Shown piece after piece: positions 51,436 to 64,000 of a DNA stretch of 64,000 nt. The translations under genes and the position numbers were made by a program. This DNA comes from Octopus sinensis. Its lineage: Eukaryota. The DNA lies in NCBI RefSeq assembly GCF_006345805.1, contig NC_043000.1:83328001-83392000 (forward strand), in the 5' to 3' direction. The notes below the pieces were generated by a model that searched no databases, was not told where the DNA came from, and saw only the letters and a program-made list of their open reading frames with translations. Within the stretch, counting starts at the first letter, position 1. Each line of letters begins with the position of its first letter.

Positions 51436-51834
51436 TTTTTTTTTACTTTACTTGTTTCAGTCATTTGACTGCGGCCATGCTGGAGCACCGCCTTTAGTCG
51501 AGCAAATCGACCCCGGGACTTATTCTTTGTAAGCCCAGTGCTTATTCTAGCGGTCTCTTTTGCCGAACCGCTAAGTGACGGGGACGTAAACACACCAGCA
51601 TCGATTATCAAGCAATGCTAGGGGGACAAACACAGACACACAAACACACACATATATATATACATATATACGACAGGCTTCTTTCAGTTTCCGTCTACCA
51701 AATCCACTCACAAGGCATTGGTCGGCCCGGGGCTATAGCAGAAGACGCTTGGCCAAGATGCCACGCAGTGGGACTGAACCCGGAACCATGTGGTTGGTTA
51801 GCAAGCTACTTACCACCACAGCCACTCCTGCGCC

Positions 51835-51835
<1 letters not shown>
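51436..51835 (-). mobile_element. SINE family A, full-length CpG-intact copy
   Basis: Near-identical in reverse to 58113-58525: head aggcgcaggagtggctgtg..., CORE-like ttgggcaagtgtcttc, internal (TA)/(TG) tract, tail ggcggtgctccagcatggccgcagtcaaatgactgaaacaagtaaa. Confidence 0.92.
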
Positions 51836-51911
<76 letters not shown>

Positions 51912-52467
51912 TATATATTATATATATATATATTATATATATTATATATATATATATATATAATATATATATTATAATATATATATATATATTATATATA
52001 TATATATATATATATTAGCAGGGATATCCGGCATTGCTCGGGATTAAAATAGCATAGTTTTTTATTGTTTTGCTTGTTCGGTCATGTAACTGCGGCCATA
52101 CTGGAGCATCACCTTCAGTCGATGAAATTGACACCAGGATTTATTCTTTGTAAGTCTAGTACTTATTCTATCGGTATGTCTTGCCAAACGGCTAAGTTAC
52201 GGGGACGTAAACACAACACAACAGGTAGCCCGGTCCAGGAATCGAACTCATAACCTCACGATTGTAAGCTCGACGCTCTAACCACTGGGCAACGCGCCTT
52301 CACTTATGTATGTATACATACATATATACGTATATACACATATACATATAAGTATATATATAAACATATATATACGTATATATACATATGTATATACATA
52401 TGATTACACACACACACATACATTTACATATACATATTATATATATATATATATATATAATATATAT

Positions 52468-52522
<55 letters not shown>

Positions 52523-52648
52523 ATATATATATATATATATTTATATACAGACATGCTGGAAGTAAATAGAACCTTTAATTTTCAAAATCTTTTATTTAAT
52601 ACGCAAAGCGAACAATTGAAATGCAATCGATAGGTAGGTCTACATACT

Positions 52649-53320
52649 TTAGTATTTAGCTGACATTCCCTTTCCAGTTTTTAATTCAGAAACTCTTTTT
52701 GGCATTGAACTGATGAGCTTCGTGATTGTTTCTTATGGAATTTCTGCCCACTTTTCACGCAACAATCGAAACAGTCCATCTTTATATATAGGTTTCTGTC
52801 GAGTTACCTTCGTATACCTCTCTCCAGTATGCTCCAAAGATTTTCAATTGGATTCATGTCAGGAGATTGGCTCGGCCAAGGAAGCTTTTTGTTCCCATTT
52901 TCAGTCAGCCATCGTTGATTCCTTTTCGCTGTGTGACATGGAGCCCCATCTTCCATAAATAAAAACTCATTTTTCGTTATGTTATCGTGTGAATACATCA
53001 AAAGTAGTCCTTGCTTTGTATTTTTCAGAGTTTACGGTTCCAACACATTCGATCAGCTCAGAACGACCATTGCTGGTGAGAGCCCCCCCACCACCACCAC
53101 CACCATCACCACCATACCATTATAGAGATACCGCCAGGTTTAACAGTTGGTTAGAGTCGTTTCAAATCAAATTCTTGATTAGGAAGCCTCCAGACTCAAA
53201 CACGTCCACTGTCTGAAAATAAAGCAAATCTGGATTCATCTGAGAAAATCACTCTATCCCAAAATGAACTGGATTTTTCTGACATCTCCTTAGCCCATTT
53301 CTTTCTTTTCATGATATTGA
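52649..53320 (-). mobile_element. Tc1-family DD34E transposase remnant
   Basis: WDRVIFSDESRF (first D), FMEDGAPCH (second D), WPSQSPDMNPIENLW (E, 34 residues between the second D and E); ends ...SMPKRV...GMSAKY*. Frameshifted; TIRs not resolved. Confidence 0.92.
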
Positions 53321-53502
53321 TTGGTTGTAATTGTAAGTTTAGTAAATAAATAAATAAGTTAACATAATATATGTCTAAAAGTTGATGAACCACCTATTGA
53401 TCCCCTCCATTTTCTTATTGCTATATATATAAATATATATATATGTATGTATAATATATATATATATATAGATATATATATATTATATATATATTATATA
53501 TA

Positions 53503-53556
<54 letters not shown>

Positions 53557-53661
53557 GATGTATGTATGTATGTATGTATGTATGTATGTATGTATGTATG
53601 TATGTATGTATATTGATTGCGTACATATTTAACCCTATGCTCGCAAATAATAGTTCAGAGT

Positions 53662-53723
53662 ATAACACCGAGGAGAGCAATAGGTAAATATAATTTACTT
53701 TAAGTTCGAAACGCGTCTGTGAT
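53662..53723 (+). ncRNA. Hammerhead-like ribozyme motif (U4C variant)
   Basis: ataaca CCGAGGA gagc...[gtaaat ata atttac]...gttc GAAA CGCG TC tgtgat. Stem I 5/6 pairs, stem II gagc/guuc, palindromic ACGCGU stem III, GUC triplet. Core U4 is C. Confidence 0.55.
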
Positions 53724-54015
53724 TAACCGAAGTCGTGTGAATTCATCATTTTTCATTTTATCTACATAAAAAAGCTTGTTATTGTCTCGGAGACTTTTAT
53801 GGTAGTTGAAAAGACATTAGCATCTAATTCAGTATATTTAAAAAAAAAAACATACAAATTTCCACACGAAAGCACGTAACTTCAAACGTGTCTTCTCTGA
53901 TGTGAATTTGCTACCCAGGTATCGGTTAACCGAATTATCCATAACAAGATAATTCATTCAACCACTCAAATATATATATATACATATGTATGTATATATA
54001 CATATATATATATTA

Positions 54016-54046
<31 letters not shown>

Positions 54047-54092
54047 CATTGATCAAAATAAAAATAAAAATAAAAACATGAGGCGAGGATTC

Positions 54093-54171
54093 AGCGGTAC
54101 ATATGTTCGGGCCTTTATTAGACAGATACATAACAAATCATAATGTATGTCTGTGGCCTTCTTCAGCCGCT
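54093..54171 (-). ncRNA. Hammerhead-like ribozyme motif with extended stem II
   Basis: Minus: AGCGG CTGAAGA a GGCC acagacatacat...atgtatctgt ctaataaa GGCC c GA ACATATGT A CCGCT. Perfect 5-bp stem I, palindromic ACAUAUGU stem III, GUA triplet. One A missing from GAAA. Confidence 0.6.
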
Positions 54172-54434
54172 CACAACAGCTTCCACAAGGACATGTGTTA
54201 GTTCCGAATTCTTGCTTGGATGGGGATGCAAATCTTCTCGTTCCGTACGACAAATGCGGCAGCAGCATCGAATTGAATCGTCCATCTCCTTCTTCTCTCA
54301 AGTAGAAGAGGAAACTGGTGTTGAGGTAATGTAAATAAATAAATACGTTATAGAGGTGAAGATGGAGGGGCGAGAGTTCGGGGCGAGGGATAAAAATAAA
54401 TAAATATAATATAAAATAATGTATAAATGTAATG

Positions 54435-54534
54435 NNNNNNNNNNNNNNNNNNNNNNNNNNNNNNNNNNNNNNNNNNNNNNNNNNNNNNNNNNNNNNNNNN
54501 NNNNNNNNNNNNNNNNNNNNNNNNNNNNNNNNNN
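54435..54534. other. Assembly gap (100 N)
   Basis: Run of n characters. Confidence 1.
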
Positions 54535-54599
54535 TTCCACTCGTACGGTACCTTACTACTTTATTTTGTTATTATATATATATATATATATTATATATA

Positions 54600-56150
54600 C
54601 TAGCTGAAGGTGACCGCTCTACGCGCGGGTAAGAGGTGTGTTGTTACTTCTGTTGCTTCCTTTCAGCACGTAAAAAACGCCATCCGAACGTGGCCGATTG
54701 CAGCGCCGCCTTGACTGGCTTCTGTGCCGGTGGCACGTAAAAAGCACCAACCGATCGTGGCCACTGCCAGCCCCCCTGGCACCTGTGCCGGCGGCACCCA
54801 CTACGCTCACAGAGTGGTTGGCGTTAGGAAGGGCATCCACCTGTAGAAACACTGCCAGATCAGACTGGAGCCTGGTAAAGCCTCCTGGCTTCCCAGACCC
54901 CGGTCAAACTGTCCAACCCGTGCTAGCACGGAAAACGGACGTTAAACGATGATGATGATGATGATTCTCCCTCTTTCTCTCCTTCTCTCTCACTTTCCCC
55001 ACTCTATACTCTTCATTCTCTCGGACTCTCCCTCGCTTTTCTTACTCTCTATCTTATCTATTATCTCCCATTTATAAACAACAAAAGATCTTGAGTAAGT
55101 TGAGAAATATTTAGAAAGATCAATCATAAATATCAGGCAGCAACAACGGAAAGGTCTGCTTCAAGGCAGACAGCAAAACAGTAACATTTAAAAGGGACAG
55201 ACGAACTTGCGAGCTGAATAAAAATAATAAAATATTGGAAACCAAAGTTTGAAGGGATAGAATATGAGGATAGTAGAGTCACCATGGCTGGCATTTCTTA
55301 ACGACGGACAGCAACGTTTTGACAGTTTAACGGCTGGCGTAAAATTTTGAACTTGATGTGAAAGAAAATGCCTAAACATCAAGTTTTGAAGTGATTCTTT
55401 CTCACGACAGTAAACTCACTATGGCAAGCATTCAAAACTTCTTCATCATGGACGGCAACACATTGACGATTAAAAGGCTAAGGCAAATTTTTTAGCTTGA
55501 TGTAACAGAGAATTCCTAAACACCCGCTCCTTTAAATTTTAATCCCCTTCCAGCCCCATTTAGACCCCTTTTCACATTTTGGTTAATATAACCCGATTTC
55601 ATTCGGGTCTACTGGGGCCACATTTTATAAGATGAGGAATTTTGTCCTAGAGGTCACGCCTTTCATTTGAGGGGAAAAAATAGTTGTCATGCAAACTTGC
55701 CAGCACTTTAAACATAGGTCTGCATATTTTCAGCTCAACCGACCACATAATGCACACATCATATATATATATATGTATATATGTGTGTGTTTGTGTGTGT
55801 TGGAGTCTCTCTCATACGTGAGCATGTGTTGGTTGTGGCGATGATAATTCTCTCTATGAATGCAGACAGATACATAAAAGAACGCCATTTGATGAAGTGA
55901 AAGTGATGGGAAGGTAGGAAATAGAGTGAGTGAAAAAGTGCTGGTAAGGGAGCGTGAGTGAGTGAGGAAGACAGATACATTAAAGAATGGGAGTGGACTT
56001 ATCAAAGTGGATTTTTGGCCCTAGCAACGACACCTTTTAAGATAGGTGCATCGTCACCTCATTTTACATGTCCCTGTAAATTTTGGAGTCAATCCGACGG
56101 GATGTAGTGGCCTTGAAAGCGATCCAAGCGGTCCAAACGCATTTCAGTTT

Positions 56151-56160
<10 letters not shown>
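54600..56160 (+). mobile_element. Possible Helentron/HINE-like non-autonomous element with a nested SINE
   Basis: Starts ctagctgaaggtgaccgctctacgcgcggg (TAGCTG...CGGG subterminal-like motif) after (TA)n. Ends tgtaaattttggagtcaatccgacg...caaacgcatttcagttttatatatat, as in DINE-1-like elements as I recall them. A similar 5' motif at 52016-52042. Confidence 0.35.
54640..54965 (+). mobile_element. SINE-like repeat with (GAT)n tail
   Basis: ggcacgtaaaaagcacc...ggcgttaggaagggcatcc...ccaacccgtgctagcacggaaaacggacgttaaacgatgatgatgatg. A similar tail (ccaacccatacaagcatagaaaaatggacgttaaa) at ~15670-15710. Confidence 0.65.
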
Positions 56161-56183
<23 letters not shown>

Positions 56184-56195
56184 TATATATATATA

Positions 56196-56243
<48 letters not shown>

Positions 56244-56629
56244 CGTTTGTTGTTGTTAAGGTGCTGGTTGCCAGTATGCGAGTATGCAAATGGGAGAACA
56301 GCGATCGAGGTTTAAGAAAATGTATATTTATCGTTACGTTGTATACATCCAAAATCACGACGGGTTGGCATGTATAACAAGTAAATGGAAAAGCATGCGA
56401 GGAAAAAAGAGTGAATTTCGGTCGGTATGTGTGTACATGTTCTCATAGTGGGGTATAGAGAGAGATATGGTAATGTGACAGAGAAAAGAAAGTGAGTTAG
56501 TGAAAGTGAGACAGTCGAGGGAAGTCTTGCACAGTTGCTGATTGTAACTTTCTTTCTCCCTCTGGCCGTCTTCGTCTCTAGCGGCTGCCTGCTCGTGGCC
56601 ATGACTATAGTTGTCCATTCACTAACTAA

Positions 56630-57540
56630 TTTCTTTATTGCCAGTACATGGCTCACGTAAAGGGGACATCACAAGGACAAAGCAAAAACATCTAGGGACT
56701 GGGGTTATACACTAGTTAGTTGGTATAAAAGTCAGATATAATAAAATCGAATGAACTTGAAGAATACAATGAAATCGAAACGAATTAAATGAATTAAGAA
56801 TTAAATGGTTATATATTTTTCTGGGTTTGTGTTCGACCTGCCGGTTTTTTAAAATTCTTTCTTACTCTTTATAATAATTTTTCGTTTTTTTCTTCGTTTT
56901 TTCCTTGTTTTCGGTTCAGACCGGCTACACTAGCTCGGCCTCATTCACTCTCAACTTCCTTACGACATTTGTCATCTTTTCTCAAACGTTCTTTGAAGCA
57001 GGAACCTCTTCTCCAGACTGATCTTCCTGGACAGATGGTAGTTAAAAAAACTAACCAACCCATGTCCGGAGATAAAGTTGTTTCTCTCAATTCCCCTTCC
57101 ACGCGTTACCCATATTGTCTCTTTCACTACTGCTACTACGCAGAAAAATGACGCCTCCTTTTCCTTGTTAAAGGAGGGTGGCGGTACAATCTTGATGATA
57201 GACTCAGTTGATAACCTCACTCTTTCCGTATCTGATACCAGTTGTTCGACATAGGTTATCAATCCCCTCAGTTCTTCACAATGTACGAAGGCGTGCGTGA
57301 CAGTTTCACTGACATGCCCGCACCTCGGGCATGTGGGTAGGATACCAGCACCATGCCTTGACAATCTCTCGCGAACTGGCAAGGCCGATCTGTAGCACAA
57401 CCAGACCAGGGATTTCTGGAAGTTGTCCCTTGGCCCGAATGTTCTTTTGAGCAGATTCCTCATCGAAACCTAGAGTCTCCCACAGGATGTCGTCGGACAT
57501 ATGCTCTACAAACCCGCTATAAAATCCACAGTGCTTTTGA
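56630..57540 (-). mobile_element. Tx1/L1-clade LINE 3' fragment (zinc-binding C-terminus + 3' UTR)
   Basis: ORF 56972-57463: LVWLCYRSALPVRERL...CPRCGHVSETVTHAFVHC...FFNYHLSRKISLEKR, homologous to the 37.2-37.8 kb C-terminus. AATAAA near 56635. Confidence 0.9.
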
Positions 57541-57617
57541 GCTGTTAAGTGAAATTTGGCAATCGAGGATCGAATCCACTCTATGCCTGCATGAAGTGTG
57601 CATGCCACTATATACAC

Positions 57618-57622
57618 ACACA

Positions 57623-57689
<67 letters not shown>
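57618..57689. repeat. (CA)n microsatellite
   Basis: Directly visible. Confidence 0.97.
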
Positions 57690-57691
<2 letters not shown>

Positions 57692-58112
57692 TATGCAGGG
57701 ACACTCCTGTCGTAGACAACAAATGGGGGTTCTTAGTGAACAACCTGCACAAGTGATTTGTTTATAGTGATTAAATATTTGAGCACCACATAAGCTCAGT
57801 CTCTCCATCAAATCAACATTATCTACACAGGTGCATGATGTGCCACGAGTCAGATGTCGAAGTGATGGCAGAGCAACGTGAAGTGAAGTGTTTTGCTCAA
57901 GAACTCAACGTAGCTCCTTGTCCGGGAATGCAACCAACGATCTCGCGTGAGTGCAACGTTCTAACTACGTACCTTGAATAAGCACGGATTCTCCTGTCGT
58001 AGGCGACAGATGAGCATTCTGCAATTTCTGATTGAACCTCCTTCACAGATGATTTGCTTAAACTGATCCGATGTTTGCATATACAAATATGCATATAAAA
58101 ATATACATACAT

Positions 58113-58283
58113 AGGCGCAGGAGTGGCTGTGTGGTAAGTAGCTTGCTAACCAACCACATGGTTGCGGGTTCAGTCCCACTGCGTGGCATCTTGGGCAAGT
58201 GTCTTCTGCTATAGCCCCGGGCCGACCAATGCCTGTGAGTGGATTTGGTAGACGGAAACTGAAAGAAGCCTGTCGTATATATG

Positions 58284-58316
<33 letters not shown>

Positions 58317-58525
58317 TTGTGTGTCTGTGTTTGTCCCCCTAGCATTGCTTGACAACCGATGCTTGTGTGTTTACGTCTCCGTCACTTAGCCGTTCGGCAA
58401 AAGAGACCGATAGAATAAGTACTAGACTTACAAAGACTAAGTTCCGGGGTCGATTTGATCGACTAAAGGCGGTGCTCCAGCATGGCCGCAGTCAAATGAC
58501 TGAGACAAGTAAAAGAGTAAAAGAG
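58113..58525 (+). mobile_element. SINE family A, full-length copy
   Basis: Head aggcgcaggagtggctgtgtggtaagtagcttgct...gggttcagtccc, internal microsatellite, 3' hairpin and (GTAAAAGA)n tail. Confidence 0.92.
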
Positions 58526-58620
58526 TATACATATATATACACACACACATACAAATGCAAATTTACATGCATTTACAAGTATATATATATATATATATAA
58601 ACACTCACAATATATATATA

Positions 58621-59027
58621 CTCCTTTACTCCTTTACTTGTTTCAGTCATTTGATTTCGGCCATGCTGGAGCACCGCCTTTAATCGAGCAAGACGACCCC
58701 AGGGCTTATTCTTTGTAAACCTAGTACTTACTCTATGGGTCCCTTTTGCAGAACCGCTAAGTTACGGAGACGTAAACACACCACCATCGGTTGTGAAGCG
58801 ATGTTGGGGGACAAACACAGACACACAAACATATACACACGCATACATATATGCACATATATACGACGGGCTTCTTTCAGTTTCCGTCTACCAAATCTAC
58901 TCACAAAGCTTTGGTCGGCCCGAGGCTATAGTAGAAGACACTTGCCCAAGGTGCCACGCAGTGGGACTGAACCCGGAAACATGCGGTTGGTAAGCAAGCT
59001 ACTTATCACACAGCCACTCTTGTACCT
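58621..59027 (-). mobile_element. SINE family A, full-length copy, inverted relative to 58113-58525
   Basis: Reverse complement of the same consensus, tail-to-tail with a ~95-bp spacer. Confidence 0.92.
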
Positions 59028-59523
59028 ATAAAATATTCATTTCTGCTCTAGGCACAAGGCCCGAAATTTTTTTGTTGAGGGGGTGGGGGCGCAGTCGATT
59101 AGACCACACCAGTACGCAACTGGTACTTAATTTATCTACCCCGAAAGAAAGAAAGAAAGAAAGGTAAAGTCGACCTCGGCGGAATTTGAACTCAGAACGT
59201 ACAGACGAAAAACCGCTAAGCGTTCCGCCCGGCGTGCTAACGTTTCTGTGCCAAGAAGACCCAAGGTGTCAGGTAATGCTGAGTAAGTGCTATGGACAAA
59301 CTATAGTTAAGCTCCAGGTTCGATAACGATACAAATGAGTCCAACGTAGGTCGTGTATTAGCATGCATATATATATATATATATATATAATATATAATTA
59401 ACAGAATGAAATAAAAAATCCAAGTCTGTGAATAATGTTCTTTATAAATGTTCTGAAAATAATTCACAGCTTTGGATTTTTTATCTCATTCTGTTAATTA
59501 TATGTGTGTGTGTATATATATAT

Positions 59524-59554
<31 letters not shown>

Positions 59555-60414
59555 ATTATACATATAGAAACATAAAGATACAAATATACATATACAAATA
59601 CACATATAGTAAATATACATACATACAGTAAAGATGGGAGAAGAAACATAAAAACAGACACGAGGTTTTTGGGCTTCAACAGAAGATTTCATGCAGACTT
59701 GCAGAAGGATCAGATCAACACGCACGGTTGCCCTCTAAACCGGCTTGTAATGCAAGAAAAATCGATGATGATGGTGGTGGTGGTGATGATGATGATGATG
59801 ATGACAATGATGTTAATGATTGCGATGGCAGTGGTAATAATGTAAGTTAGGTTTTTTTTTTTCTGTGCTACGATATATAAAAAAAAACAAAAAAAAAGAA
59901 GTAAAATGGGTGAAAGAAAATAAGTATTCAAAACGGCGCCACAACAAAAGTGCAAGTTTAGCTTACCGTGTGTTCCAGGAACCGAGTTAATGGGGGTAAC
60001 TAACACACGCAAGCTCATAGTCATACACAAGTGACGGGTGATTAAACTAGTTAATGTTTAGAAGAATTGTAACAATGATCTCCGTTTCCTGGCCTTTTCT
60101 TCCAAAGGTTACATTGTGACATACAAATTTTGTTTTATTTTATCGTAGTTTCAATTGTTTGCTTTTAGCTCTTTGTATTATTAATGCTGCTACGACTATT
60201 TTAGTAGTAGTAGTAGTAGTAGTCATCGTTTTATGGTTGACACTGTTTTTGGTCTCCTAACTGACATCATTGCGTCATATCTGGGTACATTGATAACAAT
60301 GTTTGATTAATATACGCGCGTGTATATACTTGTGTGTGCGTGTGTATATACATTACACACACACTCATATACATACATATACATAAACATACACATATAT
60401 ATATGTATGCATAT

Positions 60415-60537
<123 letters not shown>

Positions 60538-61229
60538 ATATATATATATATATTTATATATATACATTTACATACACATACACAAGTACACACCCATATT
60601 TACATTACATATGTGTTGCGCGCGTGTGCGTGTGTGGCTATGTGTATGCATTATAAATTGCTGACTGACAATTTGACAGATTGGTATGCACGTACGCATT
60701 TGCACACACACACACACACACACCACACACACATTCAAACGCACATATACACACTCGCATTCGCTTTCCCTCTGTCTCTCTATCTCTCGTTCTTTTACTC
60801 TCATTCTTCTTCTATCCCCCCTCTCCCTCTCTCCCATTTATATTTTGTTCCTTTTCTGATTTCAGTTACCCACCTTTAATCGAGGATATCCGTCCTAGAA
60901 TATTTTTGGTGTCTCGTACTTATCTTATCGACTTCATTTCGTCGTACTGATAAGTTATGGAATATGAAGGGACTCAACATTAATACGGACAGTTCACATA
61001 TACACACATCATTATTGGGTGTGCAAGTATGATGACATTCTTCGGGAGGTATGCTAGGTGTCAATAAAAATCAGCAAGTTGCTTTGTTCTAGTAACTTTC
61101 GGTGTAGAATCCCTGTACATTTCCAAAAATTCCTGGTCTGGCAGTGTTACCGAGGATAGGGCACTGCTGGAGCAAAATTCGAATAAAGCGACGAAATCGC
61201 AGAGACTGCACGTATGCAGTGTCCGAGCA

Positions 61230-61660
61230 TTGCTGACTTGTGGAGTATGGCAAACAGCTGTTGTCGCGAGTAGGACATCCGGCTATCAGCAGAGCCTTTC
61301 ATAAAGATCAACCTTCCACCGTCCTTTAACAATGCTGGGCAGGCTCTATCTTTGGTTATGGCAAAAAGGACGCGTAGCTGGCCAGTCGCCAGACTTTGGT
61401 ACCTGGGAGTGCTTCAGAATATTCTGGGTGGGCACTACGAAATAAATATGTCAATGTAAATCTGAAGGTGCACAACTGAATAATGAGAAGGCAGTGCCTC
61501 CAGTGCACTTCCTCGGCGACGGGTATGTTGAGTAGTGGATGCGGCTGAAAGTATCGGGAACAGACACCTTCATCTTCAACTATTACAAGTTCCACTTGGA
61601 AAGGAAAATGATGGAGAGGGAAGTGTTGACCCTGCGAGACATTCCCTCTAGTAGCTATTG
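61230..61660 (+). mobile_element. Decayed Tx1-like ORF2 C-terminal remnant(s)
   Basis: Manual translation LVEYGKQLLSRVG... and WMRLKVSGTDTFIFNYYKFHLERKMMEREVL match the C-termini at 37.2 and 57 kb. Confidence 0.65.
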
Positions 61661-62508
61661 AATCCAGAGACCAGCGGTTTCGGTAACTTCCGACAATACC
61701 ACTTCCTTCATAAGTATTGTGCAGCATTGATGCTATCGGAAAATGTCCCGGTTTCTTTGACCCACACTGGAGCAAATTTTTTACATTTGTCATCCATGCA
61801 GCTGCCAAACTGACTGGGTGTAGCTGCAACCACTCTAACCTTGCTGCAAAACTGAGTGTTCCTTCTTTGTAGTGTGTGCGCGCGTGTCAACGATGAAAAT
61901 AGCCTTTAGGAATTAGGAATACGCGAAGACCCGCGAGGCTGAGGTTAGCAATGAGTGTGGTAGGCGCGGTAAGCCATCTTTATCACACTTGTGAGTTAAG
62001 AAGTAGGAGAAAACCATCCGTTAACCCTAACCCTAACCCATTCTAATCACAGACACACACGTGTGTACATATGCTCTGTTAGTTCACCAGGCGAACAATA
62101 TTGTTTCAATTAGAAAAGAACTCCACGACTTTTGTGTTGGCAGGGTGCGAGGTTATAGTTCATCACTATCCTACTTTGTAAATCCATGGTTGTGGTTCAG
62201 TTATACTGGTTTTTACACAGAGTGATATAGAAAACATGATATAAATAATGGTTATTACATATTTTTCTTTATTTAATAAATTTGAATTACAGCTATTTCC
62301 AGTAGTCATAGGCTCGTTATTGAGAGCTTTACTCAATCGGTGTTCAATTGTTCTCAACCGATCAATGGGCCGAACCTATAATGATGACTCGAAACAGCTG
62401 TAAGTCAAACTTCCTACAATGAAGAAAAATATGCAATGACCATTGTCTTGTCTTGTATTCAAAGCGGTGCTCCACCATGGTCGCAGTCTAATGACTGAAA
62501 CGAGTGAA

Positions 62509-62559
<51 letters not shown>

Positions 62560-63177
62560 TATACATGTGTGTGTGTGTGTGAGATATGGTCCTGCACAGT
62601 TCCTATCAATTACATTCTACTCACAATATATTGGTCAACCTAAGGCACAAGCAGAAGATACTTATTCAAGGGGACACGCAGTAAGCCGAACTCGGAACTA
62701 CTTTGTTACCTAACGATCTTGTTAACCTCACAGCCATGCATGCATTCATATACTTTTTTTTCTTTCGCCATATTCATAATACTTTAAAATATGTGCGTGC
62801 ATGTATTTGTGTATGTCTGTGCATGTATTTGTGTCTATGTTACATAGACACAATGCCTAAACCTAACGATTTATCTTAGAAAAGTAAGTTGCGTATTATA
62901 TGTCATTTATTCTACAGGATAGAGCAAGGATATCAGATAATACAACCAATAACCCACTTCTTTTATCCTTTTTCTTTTACTTGTTTCAGTCACTAGACTG
63001 CGGCCATGATGGGGCACTGCCTTGAAGAATTTTTAGTCGAATGGATCATCACCAGTACTTGTCATTTTTTAAATTTTAAGCCAGGTACTTACCCTCTTGG
63101 TTGCTTTTACCGAACTGCCAAGTTACGGGGACGTAAACACACCAACACTGGTTATCAAGCAGTGGTGGGGGATAAGC

Positions 63178-63294
63178 ATGTATGTATGTATGTATGTATG
63201 TATGTATGTATGTATGTATGTATGTATGTATGTATGTGTGTATGTATGTATGTATGTATGTATGTATGTATGTGTGTATGTATGTATGTATGTA
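63178..63294. repeat. (TATG)n microsatellite; second tract at 63458-63528
   Basis: Directly visible. Confidence 0.97.
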
Positions 63295-63529
63295 GTTACA
63301 ACTACAGCCGGCTACTGCCGGTAAAGGTTTTAGCTGCCAATTCTGAACAAGACATTGTAGATCTTTAGCTGGGCTAAAAAGTCACATTCGATCACAGCAC
63401 CAATAACAGTTAAGCTTCGTGCAATGGTCATACTCGATAACGAGGGGGCGGCCATCATGTATGTATGTATGTATGTATGTATGTATGTATGTATGTATGT
63501 ATGTATGTATGTGTGTATGTATGTATGTA

Positions 63530-64000
63530 CCGTAAATCCTCGAGTATAGTCTGCCCTTGAGTATAATACGCTGACCCTCTGAAAAACCTAAATACTTGTG
63601 TATAATACGCACCCCTTCTCTAACTTGAGTCAAGGAGGTCTATATAACGTCTTTGTTTTGTAAAAATGTATACGGTAACGTCCTTTATTATTATTGTCTA
63701 TATAACATAATGCAAACGTGTAGCTTTTTTGTGCATTTTGTTTGCAGAAAATAAAGAAATAACAGTAATAAGGTTTAATAAATGTTGCTTACTGCAAGTT
63801 ATGAATAATTCTTTTATGACTTCATTGCTTTCAGGCTTAGCTTAAGGTATTTTCGCGCCCGACATCACAAAATGCGTCTGAATAAACATTGCCGGACAGC
63901 AAATAGAGACTCGGACATTGCTTAGAAAATAATTTTGATTTTTAACCTCGTATATAGTACGCACTAGGTATTTTGACCTTTAAATTTTGGAAAAAATGCG
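63530..64000. mobile_element. pogo/Tigger-like non-autonomous element running off the window end
   Basis: Begins TA|ccgtaaatcctcgagtata with repeated gtataatacgc submotifs. The window ends at aaaaatgcg, consistent with the start of a complementary subterminal repeat. Confidence 0.6.

Overview
AT-rich, microsatellite-laden eukaryotic DNA, almost entirely transposon-derived. The tRNA-headed SINE families and the mix of RTE, CR1, Tx1, Penelope and Tc1/mariner remnants look to me like an octopus (coleoid cephalopod) genome. That is recognition from memory, not a database result. I could not identify any host protein-coding exon with confidence; most ORFs in the supplied track are microsatellite or antisense artefacts. 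Well-supported elements: a CR1-clade LINE with a 17-bp target-site duplication (11.1-14.1 kb), a second CR1-type RT with a long open frame (46.9-48.4 kb), a near full-length decayed Tx1/L1-clade LINE (36.9-42.0 kb) plus two further C-terminal pieces, several RTE fragments, a Penelope-like (PLE) RT fragment, a mariner with TIRs, a DD34E Tc1 remnant, several MITEs, many SINEs and a 100-N gap. Most interesting signals: (1) at least six Penelope-type minimal hammerhead-ribozyme motifs in four distinct sequence families, found by eye. One family is joined to a PLE RT at 46 kb and, at 10.3-10.65 kb, to a tRNA-like Pol III head inside an inverted repeat. (2) A 3' stem-loop with compensatory changes shared by the main SINE and the CR1 LINE at 46.9 kb. 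(3) A sharp change in CpG decay near 24.5 kb, suggesting a methylation-domain boundary. (4) A tail-to-tail inverted SINE pair able to form about 400 bp of dsRNA. All coordinates were read by hand and may be off by a few bases; element boundaries marked approximate are less exact.
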